A stretch of DNA of 55,070 nucleotides from Parcubacteria group bacterium GW2011_GWC1_45_14 (GTDB lineage: Bacteria; Patescibacteriota; Minisyncoccia; Moranbacterales; GWC2-37-73). The stretch lies in the NCBI GenBank assembly GCA_001001345.1, contig LCKI01000001.1, positions 66,339 to 121,408 on the forward strand, read 5' to 3'. The position numbers and the translations under genes are program-made. Positions 47,481 to 55,070 of the stretch are shown in pieces. The first letter of the stretch is position 1, and every line of letters starts with the position of its first letter. The notes beneath the pieces are model-generated. The model ran no database searches. It saw nothing but the letters and a program-made list of their open reading frames with translations, and was not told the origin of the DNA.

Positions 47481-48073
47481 AGATCCTCATAGGCACGACA
47501 AATAAGGACAAGTTTACTGAGTATGAGAAAGCTTTTGAAATCCACGGAAAGGACATCGAAATCGTTTCCGTGAACGACTTGAATATCACGGGTGAAGTTG
47601 AGGAGGACGGGAAAAGTCTCCTGGAGAACGCCAGAAAAAAAGCGAAATATTTCGGTGAAAAATCCGGAATGTTTACGGTTTCCGAGGACTTCGGTCTTTT
47701 CGTGGACGCCTTGGGAGGGGAGCCCGGGATTCATGCTAAGCGCTGGCACGGTGGAACGGAAGCCGATAGGCGCAGGAAGCTCCTTGAAAGGCTCAGTGGG
47801 GTTTCCGGCGGCTCCAGGAAGGCCGAGTATAGAGGCGTGATGGTCGGCTATGATCCCGGGCGTAAAGCATTTTGGGAATATGAGGGGGCGATCAGAGGCC
47901 GCATAAGGGAGGATGGGGATTTTCCAGAAGGTTTCGGTTATGATCCTATATTTATTTCCGATTTTTATGGCAAATCTTTTTCCGACACGTCCAAGGAAGA
48001 AAAACTCGCCATCAGCCACCGCGGACTCGGCGTCAGGGGGTTGGTAGGTTTTTTGAAAAGCCATATTGACTGA
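47477..48073 (+). CDS. rdgB: Non-canonical purine NTP pyrophosphatase (Ham1/RdgB)
   Basis: GTTNKDK, ENARKKA, EDFGL, GFGYDPIF, ISHRG. Confidence 0.9.
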   Translation: MKILIGTTNKDKFTEYEKAFEIHGKDIEIVSVNDLNITGEVEEDGKSLLENARKKAKYFGEKSGMFTVSEDFGLFVDALGGEPGIHAKRWHGGTEADRRRKLLERLSGVSGGSRKAEYRGVMVGYDPGRKAFWEYEGAIRGRIREDGDFPEGFGYDPIFISDFYGKSFSDTSKEEKLAISHRGLGVRGLVGFLKSHID

Positions 48074-48100
48074 GGAACTTTTTTTAGCTATTATTTTTTT

Positions 48101-48216
48101 GCCGGGTACTTCAAAAACTACCACCATGCGTCCGTGCGGACTAATAACCGTGAATCACATCCCGGGCGGGCGACCAAATTTTCCAGGCTCTCCATGAAAG
48201 GAGAGCCTGTTTTTTA
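48101..48216 (+). ncRNA. Candidate small RNA or leader upstream of polX
   Basis: TTGACT-17-TATTAT promoter (48066-48094), GC-rich structured body, strong terminator caggctctcc/ggagagcctg + T tract. Confidence 0.35.
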
Positions 48217-48276
48217 TTGCGCAGAAATCACAAAATAGAATTGTATTAAGCGATAGGGAACATTATTTTTTATTTT

Positions 48277-50025
48277 ATGAATAACAGGGAAATATCCAAG
48301 ATATTATATGAAATGGCGGCGCTTTCGAGAATGGAGGACGAGGAATTCAAGGCTCGCGCCTATGAAAGGGTTTCGCAATCGATCGACGGTCTCGGGAGGG
48401 AGCTGGAGGATGTTTATGGAAAAAAGGGAGTGGGAGGTCTTTTGGAAATTCCCGGAATAGGGAAAAACATCGCAGGGCACATCACGAGCCTTATCGAGAA
48501 AGGGACGTTCCAGGAATATAAAATTCTCAAAAAAAAGATCCCGGTGGATGTCCTTGGTCTATTGCAAGTGGAAGGCGTAGGGCCCAAGAACGTCAAAGCT
48601 CTTTGGGAAAATCTTAAGATAAAAAATTTGGACGACCTAGAGATAGCGGCCAAGAGGAAAAGGATACGCGAGCTTGAAAATTTCGGTGAAAAAACCGAGG
48701 AGAAAATTTTAGCGGGAATAGAGTTCGTCAGGAAATCCGGGGGTAGGAAGGTTTTGGGGTTGATCCTTCCGGAAATCAGGAAAATGGAAGAGGAAATAAA
48801 AAAATTTCCCGACGTCGAGAGAGTGGTGATAGCGGGTTCGGTCAGAAGAAGGAGGGAAACGATCGGCGACGTGGATATTCTGGTCGTCGGGAAAAATCCT
48901 AAAAAAATTATGGATCAATTCATACAGCTTTCCGAAGTAGACCATATCATCGCCAAAGGAGAAAAAAAGACCTCCGTCGCGCTCAAAATAGGAATCAATT
49001 CCGATTTGCGCGTTTTTTCCGAAGATGAGTTCGGGGCGGCTTTGAATTATTTTACCGGCTCGCAGGCGCATAATATCCGCCTTAGGCAAATAGCCAAGGA
49101 AAAGGGACTCAAGCTCAGCGAGTACGGGCTCTTCAAGGGTAAGAAAAAAATCGCGGGAAAGACCGAAGAGGGGATTTATGAAAAACTAGGTCTTTCGTAT
49201 ATCGAGCCGGAGCTGCGCGAGGACGCCGGCGAGATCGAAGCGGCCCAGGAAGGAAAGCTGCCTAGGCTCATCGGGTATGGGGACTTGAAGGGTGACCTGC
49301 AGATCCAAACCGATTGGACGGATGGCCATCATTCGATTTGGGAGATGGCTACCTATGCGATGGAGGAAGGTTTGGAATATATCGTGATCACTGACCACAC
49401 TAAGGATTTGGCGGTGGCAGGGGGTTCGGACGAGAAAAGACTTCTCGAGCAAATGGGGGAAATCGACAAACTGAACTCTAGATTGAAAAAAGAAAAAAAG
49501 AAATTCAGGATCCTCAGGGGTGCGGAAACGAACATTCTCAAAGACGGTTCGATCGATATCGACGACAAAACCTTGGCCAAATTGGACGTGGTGGGTGCGG
49601 CAATCCACAAGAATTTCGAGCTTTCCCGAAAAGAGCAGACGGAGCGGGTAATCAAAACCATGAAAAATCCCCATGTGGATATAATTTTTCACCTCACGAC
49701 GCGCGTTATCGGCAAAAGGCGAGGGGTTGAGCTGGATATGGAAAGGATTTTCGAGGTAGCCAAGCAGACTGGAACCGTTCTGGAGATAGATGCTTTTCCC
49801 GACCGGCTGGATATAGCCGCGCAATATGTCAGGATCTGCGCGGAGAGGGGAATCAAGATGAGCATAGATTCCGATGCTCATGCCAAAGCGCATATCGATT
49901 ATCTGGAGCACGGCATAGCCGAGGCCCGTCGCGGTTGGGCGCAAAAAAAGGACATCATCAATGCCCATTCTTTGGAAAAAATGCTCTCTATGCTGAAGGG
50001 AAAAAAATCAACAGGGAAGTTTTAG
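48277..50025 (+). CDS. polX: DNA polymerase X / PHP-domain protein
   Basis: HhH IPGIG, AGSVRR..IGDVD, YFTGS, LSEYGL, PELRE; PHP TDH and SDAH. Confidence 0.93.
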   Translation: MNNREISKILYEMAALSRMEDEEFKARAYERVSQSIDGLGRELEDVYGKKGVGGLLEIPGIGKNIAGHITSLIEKGTFQEYKILKKKIPVDVLGLLQVEGVGPKNVKALWENLKIKNLDDLEIAAKRKRIRELENFGEKTEEKILAGIEFVRKSGGRKVLGLILPEIRKMEEEIKKFPDVERVVIAGSVRRRRETIGDVDILVVGKNPKKIMDQFIQLSEVDHIIAKGEKKTSVALKIGINSDLRVFSEDEFGAALNYFTGSQAHNIRLRQIAKEKGLKLSEYGLFKGKKKIAGKTEEGIYEKLGLSYIEPELREDAGEIEAAQEGKLPRLIGYGDLKGDLQIQTDWTDGHHSIWEMATYAMEEGLEYIVITDHTKDLAVAGGSDEKRLLEQMGEIDKLNSRLKKEKKKFRILRGAETNILKDGSIDIDDKTLAKLDVVGAAIHKNFELSRKEQTERVIKTMKNPHVDIIFHLTTRVIGKRRGVELDMERIFEVAKQTGTVLEIDAFPDRLDIAAQYVRICAERGIKMSIDSDAHAKAHIDYLEHGIAEARRGWAQKKDIINAHSLEKMLSMLKGKKSTGKF

Positions 50026-51219
50026 ATTTCTTTCCGTTTCCGTCAGGAATTCCTGGATGGTATGGAGTTCTATTTTCCTGTCTCGCAGGTGCCCATATTC
50101 CGGATCATCTTCGCTGTGATTGAGAACTATGTCCAGATATTTGGAATCTATTTTCTGCATATCATCTTTTATCCATAGGTAAGTCACAAAGCAGTTCACA
50201 AGTCCTCGTTTCGCGTCGTCTACCATGAAAGCCAGGGTTTTGAGAACCGGCCGCTGTGATAGATAGGGCCTGTTGCTTCTGAGCGCTTCCTGGATATCCG
50301 CAAGATGGATTATGTCGGAGGCCAGGTTCTTGTCGTTGACCGAACAAGAGCAGATATTTTTCTTGATATTGAGATTGGCGACCTGATAGTTGTGATGCAG
50401 TCCGGCTATTTTGGCTTCGACCGGATAACCCATGAAATCCAGAATCTTTTCCGATTCCTTCTCATGTTTTTGCATGATGTCGATGAGGGACATGTTGGCG
50501 GAGAATTTCTTGCTTTCCAATAGCTTGATCTGCTTTTTTGAAAAAAGGGTTTTGATAGGGACGAAGCGTGCCCCGCGTATGCGGTTGCGTATCATATGCT
50601 CCATGAGAGTCCCTGGGTCATCCAGGAGCTCGTGGGGTATGCTTATGGAGTATTTTTTCATCAGTGAGAACGCTTTCCTTTTCGAAAGTTGGATGAAGGC
50701 CTGAGCCCAATTCTCATCAGTGTAATTGCTGTTCAGAAGGAATTTGGGTATGACTACTTTGCCGATGTCATGGAACAGGCAGGCGCGCCAGAACTGCTCC
50801 GGCAAGATCCCCTCCCTTGTCAGCATATCCAAAAAAGTCGATCCGGATTCCAACGGTCTCTCTACTTTTTTCTTTGCCGTCACATAGGTCTCGATGGAGT
50901 GTAGGAGTGTTTTGCTATCGAAAAGTCTCATGATCGTCAGTATCTCAAGATCTTTGGGGGACAGGGGATATAATCTCAGGATGTCCTCTTTGAATAATTT
51001 TTGCGTAATCGCGACCTCCCTGTCCAGCAGCCCGAGGTCTTTCAATGTGACGTAAGCTCTCTCGAAACTGCCGCGCCTGCAGATTTCGCGGGCATGGACA
51101 TTGCTGTGGTTGCCGTTTTGATTTTTAGTATCCAAGTCCCCATCCTCTCCGTTATTCTGGGAAGATGAATCGGTCAAGTTTTGTTTTTTTGAAATGCCGC
51201 TTTCTTTTTCGGGAGTCAT
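50008..51219 (-). CDS. HD-domain protein (HD-GYP-like, GYP motif absent)
   Basis: HSIET, LFHDIGK, GLHH, ADIQEALRSNRPY; start uncertain (51219 or 51261). Confidence 0.75.
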   Translation of the reverse strand: MTPEKESGISKKQNLTDSSSQNNGEDGDLDTKNQNGNHSNVHAREICRRGSFERAYVTLKDLGLLDREVAITQKLFKEDILRLYPLSPKDLEILTIMRLFDSKTLLHSIETYVTAKKKVERPLESGSTFLDMLTREGILPEQFWRACLFHDIGKVVIPKFLLNSNYTDENWAQAFIQLSKRKAFSLMKKYSISIPHELLDDPGTLMEHMIRNRIRGARFVPIKTLFSKKQIKLLESKKFSANMSLIDIMQKHEKESEKILDFMGYPVEAKIAGLHHNYQVANLNIKKNICSCSVNDKNLASDIIHLADIQEALRSNRPYLSQRPVLKTLAFMVDDAKRGLVNCFVTYLWIKDDMQKIDSKYLDIVLNHSEDDPEYGHLRDRKIELHTIQEFLTETERNLKLPC

Positions 51220-51363
51220 GGCAACTATTGTATTATAGGATTGGAAATTTTCAGTCATCATTATTTTACTCTATTTCATGAAATTATTACAGTTGATCCG
51301 GACATAAAATTTTGGCAAAAACATGAAGTAAGTACAACCCGGGGATGTTTTTATTACACAAAG

Positions 51364-51404
51364 AAAAAAGCCGCGCATTCCCGAGTGTGTTCGGGATGCG
51401 CGGC
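51364..51404 (-). terminator. Terminator of the small ORF
   Basis: gccgcgcatcccga/tcgggaatgcgcggc followed by T6 on the minus strand. Confidence 0.8.
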
Positions 51405-51418
51405 CTTGGACCCTTTGG

Positions 51419-51568
51419 TTATTTGGGTCTGATCGGGGGAGAGAGGAGTTTCGAAGGAGCTTCGTTTTTGGGATTATGTTTTCCCTCGACGTATATCTCC
51501 CTCAGTTCCTGCATGAATTCTGGCCCTCCTTTTTTTTTGAATAAATCCTTGATACGTGGGTAGCTCAT
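51419..51568 (-). CDS. 49-aa small protein
   Basis: MSYPRIKDLFKKKGGPEFMQELREIYVEGKHNPKNEAPSKLLSPPIRPK; AGGAGG SD, near-consensus promoter and terminator; not in the ORF track. Confidence 0.6.
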   Translation of the reverse strand: MSYPRIKDLFKKKGGPEFMQELREIYVEGKHNPKNEAPSKLLSPPIRPK

Positions 51569-51637
51569 GAGAAACTCCTCCTGCCCTTTGGGTTGAGTTG
51601 ATATGTGAAAATGAACTAATGGATCACTATATCTTAC

Positions 51638-51666
51638 ATTATAGCAGATTTTGGATAAAAAGTCAA
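51638..51666 (-). promoter_or_regulatory. Near-consensus sigma70 promoter
   Basis: TTGACT-17 bp-TATAAT with TG extension. Confidence 0.75.
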
Positions 51667-51683
51667 TAGCGCCGAAGAGTGCA

Positions 51684-51786
51684 AGTCAAAAGCCCATCAA
51701 GTCCTTCAGGTTTATCAAGAAAAAACAAAAACGTTCAAATTATAGAACTTTAAGAACTTTATGAACTTGATAAACTTTATAAACCC
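51684..51786. repeat. Intergenic palindrome of 9-mer tandem repeats
   Basis: gtttatcaag/cttgataaac; gaactttaa-gaactttat-gaacttgat-aaactttat. Confidence 0.7.
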
Positions 51787-51861
51787 GCTCATTCTTGCCT
51801 AGTGCCTTATTTAAGGGTAAAATAGCCGCATAGACATAAATCATCTTTTAAAGGAAAAACA

Positions 51862-53139
51862 ATGTTGGATATCAAATTCATCAGGGAAAACGTCGAGGCT
51901 GTGAAGAAAAATTGTGTGGACCGCGGGGTCAAATGCGACGTGGACAGATTGGTCGCTTTGGACAAGGAAAGGATTAAGCTTTTGCAGGAAGTTGAGGAGC
52001 TCAAGTCAATGAAGAATTCACTCAATGACCTGATCAAGTCCGCCGCCGATCAGAATGAAAGGAAAGAGATCATCGATAAAGGCAAGGAGGTCAAGACCAA
52101 ATTGGAAATCAAGGAGCCGGAACTCAAGAGCGTCAAAGAGGAATTCGAAAAACTTCTTCTGGCCGTGCCGAATATGACGCATCCTGACAGCCCGATCGGA
52201 AGGACGGATGAGGATAATGTGGAGATCGAAGTTTATGGCGAGATTCCGAAGTTTTCCTTTAGCGCGAAAAACCATGAGGAGATCATGAAGAAGTTGGATT
52301 TGGCGGATTTCGAAAGGGCGGCGAAAGTTTCCGGATCGAAATTCTATTATCTCAAAAACGAAGGCGCGCTTTTGGAATTGGCGCTCGTCAATTTCGCGAT
52401 GGAGAAACTTTTCCAGAAAGGATTCGTGCCGGTCATCACTCCGGACCTCGCCCGAAACAGTGTGATCGAGGGAATCGGTTTTTCTCCGCGCGGCGAGGAG
52501 TCGCAGATATACAACGTCGAGAACACGGATTTGTCCTTGGTGGGAACGGCGGAAATAACGATGGGGGGATACCATATGGATGAAGTTTTGCCCGAAGAAG
52601 AATTGCCGAAAAAATATGTCGCGCTCTCGCATTGTTTTCGCACGGAAGCCGGGGCATATGGAAAACACTCCAGCGGACTCTACCGCGTGCACCAGTTCAC
52701 GAAAGTGGAAATGTTCGCCTACGCTAAACCGGAGGAATCCGAGAAACTTCACGAAGAACTAAAAAACATCGAAATTGAAATTTTCCGGGATTTGGGAATC
52801 CCTTTCCGCGTGGTGGATATCTGCACGGGAGACCTAGGCGGACCGGCGTATCGAAAATATGACCTCGAAGCTTACATGGTTTCCAAGGGAGGTTGGGGGG
52901 AAGTGACCTCGACTTCGAACACGACTGATTACCAGGCCAGAAGACTCAATGTCAAGGTGCAACGGGCCGACGGAACGCGCGAATTCGCGCATCTTCTCAA
53001 CGGCACAGCTATCGCGGTTTCCCGCGCGCTCATCGCAGTGATCGAGAATTACCAACAGGAAGACGGCTCAGTTCTGATTCCCGAGGTTCTTCGAAAATGG
53101 ATGCCGGGAGGACTCGAAATTATTTCTTCGAAGAAATAA
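51862..53139 (+). CDS. serS: Serine--tRNA ligase
   Basis: MLDIKFIREN, LVGTAE, CFRTEAG, LYRVHQFTKVE, LNGTA, ENYQ. Confidence 0.97.
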   Translation: MLDIKFIRENVEAVKKNCVDRGVKCDVDRLVALDKERIKLLQEVEELKSMKNSLNDLIKSAADQNERKEIIDKGKEVKTKLEIKEPELKSVKEEFEKLLLAVPNMTHPDSPIGRTDEDNVEIEVYGEIPKFSFSAKNHEEIMKKLDLADFERAAKVSGSKFYYLKNEGALLELALVNFAMEKLFQKGFVPVITPDLARNSVIEGIGFSPRGEESQIYNVENTDLSLVGTAEITMGGYHMDEVLPEEELPKKYVALSHCFRTEAGAYGKHSSGLYRVHQFTKVEMFAYAKPEESEKLHEELKNIEIEIFRDLGIPFRVVDICTGDLGGPAYRKYDLEAYMVSKGGWGEVTSTSNTTDYQARRLNVKVQRADGTREFAHLLNGTAIAVSRALIAVIENYQQEDGSVLIPEVLRKWMPGGLEIISSKK

Positions 53140-53189
53140 TTTCTCAAGTTGAAAGCCCATAAAGTTTTAAAGTCCATAAAGTGAAAAAT

Positions 53190-53393
53190 ATGAAAAAAGA
53201 AGTTTTATTAATAGTCAGTGTTGTTCTGGTAATTTTTGGAATGCTGTTTTATTGGTTTGCATATAGGCCGACTGAAATTAAAAAAGAATGTTCGCAAAAA
53301 ATAATCAATGCGGTCAGTAATTCTGAAAATAAAGATGTGCAAGTAAATTTCGAAAAACTTTATGATTTATGCGTTAAATCTAAAGGCTTATAG
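53190..53393 (+). CDS. Small membrane-anchored protein with two Cys
   Basis: N-terminal TM, RPTEIKKEC...YDLCVKSKGL; AT-rich. Confidence 0.6.
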   Translation: MKKEVLLIVSVVLVIFGMLFYWFAYRPTEIKKECSQKIINAVSNSENKDVQVNFEKLYDLCVKSKGL

Positions 53394-53395
53394 AA

Positions 53396-53725
53396 ATGAT
53401 TAAATTTATAAAACAACTCAAATCTGGACATCTTGAAAACGAAGATGAGTTCCTGGAAATAGAAATGTATCTTAATAATGAGAAGACAATTTTAAGTATC
53501 CATGGACAAGTTTGCGCCATGACTAATCTTGATTTTGACAACGATATTGATAATAGGGGAAAAATATTTTTTGATAAATATTCAGATAAAATAGAGAAAT
53601 TCATATTGGATATAAGAAAAATGAAAAATATAAAAGGTAAAAATTTTTTAATCAATTCCGATAATATTCAGGTTGATGGGGTAAAAGTCGCTCTATTTGA
53701 AGAGTGTATAAATTTTTTCAAATAA
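53396..53725 (+). CDS. Hypothetical protein
   Basis: 109 aa AT-rich ORF, tightly packed between neighbours. Confidence 0.5.
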   Translation: MIKFIKQLKSGHLENEDEFLEIEMYLNNEKTILSIHGQVCAMTNLDFDNDIDNRGKIFFDKYSDKIEKFILDIRKMKNIKGKNFLINSDNIQVDGVKVALFEECINFFK

Positions 53726-53731
53726 AAAATT

Positions 53732-53941
53732 ATGAATAAGTTTAGTGGGTTTTTAAAATTCGTAATTCTATTGGTGGTATTAATAATTGTTTCATTGTAT
53801 TTATACAAGCAATTTAATATAAAGTATTTTTACTATAATGAGAAAGAGTGCTTGGAAAATAAAGAAAAAGAATCTAGGGGAAGATTGGGGTGTAATAAAC
53901 CTTCGCTTATAAAGAGTTGTGCGCCCTTTTGTTTTAAATAA
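53732..53941 (+). CDS. Small membrane-anchored Cys-containing protein
   Basis: N-terminal TM and four Cys; AT-rich. Confidence 0.5.
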   Translation: MNKFSGFLKFVILLVVLIIVSLYLYKQFNIKYFYYNEKECLENKEKESRGRLGCNKPSLIKSCAPFCFK

Positions 53942-53956
53942 GAATTCGTAGAACAA

Positions 53957-54727
53957 ATGAAAACTTTCATTCAAAACAGAAAAAAGCAGAAGATTGCGGT
54001 GATCGTCGAGGAAAATGAAAATCCGAGGGGGTTGGTTTTCGTGATGCATGGGCTTAGCGGATGCAAGGACCAGTCGCACATAAAGGCGTTCGCTTCCGCA
54101 TTCAGCGAGAAGGGTTTTGCTGTCATACGGTTCGACACTACGAACACTCTCGGTGAGAGTGACGGAGATCTGATCGATGCGACCCTGACTAATTATTATG
54201 AGGATTTGGAGGATGTCATCAGATGGTCGGAATCCCAAAGTTGGCACCAGGAACCGTTCGTGCTTGTGGGTCATAGCCTGGGCGCCATTTCCTCGATCTT
54301 GTTCGCTGAAAAATATCCGGAAAAAGTCAAAGCTATCGCGCCGATTTCCACGGTCGTTTCAGGAGAATTGACCGAAGATACCCCGGATTTCAAAGCGATT
54401 GCGGATGAGTGGGAGAAAAAAGGAATCAGGGAATGGGAAAGCAGCAGTCAGCCCGGAGTGGTCAAGCGCTTAAAATGGTCCCACGTTGAAGATAGGAGAA
54501 AATACGATTCTCTTTTGCAGGTGCAGAAGCTGACGATGCCCGTTTTGATGATCGTCGGAGATTTGGATAACGTGACGCCGTTGGAACACCAACAATTGTT
54601 TTTCGATAAGCTTCCTGGTAAGAAGGAAATCCATGTCATCAAGGGCGCGGAACATACTTTCAAGGAAAAAGAGCATCTGGAGGAGATAAGGGAAATTTTT
54701 AAAAAATGGATCGAGGGGAACTTATAA
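53957..54727 (+). CDS. Alpha/beta hydrolase
   Basis: MHGL oxyanion region, GHSLG nucleophile elbow, GDLD, AEH. Confidence 0.9.
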   Translation: MKTFIQNRKKQKIAVIVEENENPRGLVFVMHGLSGCKDQSHIKAFASAFSEKGFAVIRFDTTNTLGESDGDLIDATLTNYYEDLEDVIRWSESQSWHQEPFVLVGHSLGAISSILFAEKYPEKVKAIAPISTVVSGELTEDTPDFKAIADEWEKKGIREWESSSQPGVVKRLKWSHVEDRRKYDSLLQVQKLTMPVLMIVGDLDNVTPLEHQQLFFDKLPGKKEIHVIKGAEHTFKEKEHLEEIREIFKKWIEGNL

Positions 54728-54736
54728 ATTCAATAT

Positions 54737-55003
54737 ATGCAGGAAATCAAACTTGGAAAATATAGGCATTTTAAGGGGATGATTGTCGAGGTGATCGGGG
54801 TCGCGCTGCATAGCGAGACGATGGAGGAAATGGTCGTCTATCGCCACGATGATCCGGTCAAAGGAAAAGACGCTGGCACGCTTTGGGTGCGACCGTTGGG
54901 AATGTTCTTGGAAACTGTCGAGAAGGATGGACAGAAAATTCCGAGGTTTGAATATGTGGAGGTTGATCAGGCCGTTTTCTATCCAATAGCTTGGAAACAC
55001 TGA
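54737..55003 (+). CDS. DUF1653-family protein
   Basis: GKYRHFKG, ALHSET.EEMVVYR, LWVRPLGMF, PRF. Confidence 0.88.
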   Translation: MQEIKLGKYRHFKGMIVEVIGVALHSETMEEMVVYRHDDPVKGKDAGTLWVRPLGMFLETVEKDGQKIPRFEYVEVDQAVFYPIAWKH

Positions 55004-55070
55004 ACTAAAGAAATCGGGGTTTTGAAATCTATACCCATGTGCAATCTTTCGGTGTTGTAATATTCCAGAT

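Noticed and set aside
48101-48216. Known riboswitch (ZTP, guanidine-I), SRP RNA or tmRNA
   Set aside because: Only fragmentary resemblance; diagnostic motifs are absent or in the wrong order
50008-51219. c-di-GMP phosphodiesterase call
   Set aside because: The HHExxDGxGYP motif is missing; kept as a generic HD protein
12955-51786. CRISPR array interpretation of the short repeats
   Set aside because: Units are 7-9 nt with no unique spacers, and no cas genes are present in the window

Overview
A chromosomal segment of a small-genome bacterium, most likely Patescibacteria/CPR (Parcubacteria, Moranbacteria-like). This is inferred from a GAD-less AspRS, an INS-less ProRS, an FtsA-like gene paired with a baseplate-J-like gene, and core genes without Shine-Dalgarno (SD) sites. 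The backbone is housekeeping: proS, ispH, aspS, scpAB, a D,D-carboxypeptidase, mraY, pgk, eno (N-terminally disrupted), a PfkB kinase, the infA-rpmJ-rpsM-rpsK-rpsD-rpoA-rplQ-rplM-rpsI operon, tRNA-Lys(UUU), frr, rseP, greA, lysS, rdgB, polX and serS. The first ~10 kb is accessory. It holds a truncated IS481 element, a mosaic 7TM histidine kinase, and an AT-rich island bracketed by two copies of the kinase 3' end. The island encodes a UDP-glucuronate decarboxylase, a Twitch-type radical SAM enzyme, a P-loop NMP kinase, a NUDIX hydrolase and an ATP-grasp protein, and a CYTH gene follows it. The most notable non-coding patterns are three. (1) A family of intergenic palindromes built from 7-9 nt tandem repeats, one pair of which encloses the CYTH gene like cargo. 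(2) A class of stand-alone genes sharing a boxA-like motif and a strong SD, often with their own promoter and terminator, unlike the SD-less core. (3) Several small structured elements, at the rpsI 3' end, the tRNA-Lys promoter and 3' end, and upstream of polX and greA. All calls come from reading motifs by eye; no database searches were run.
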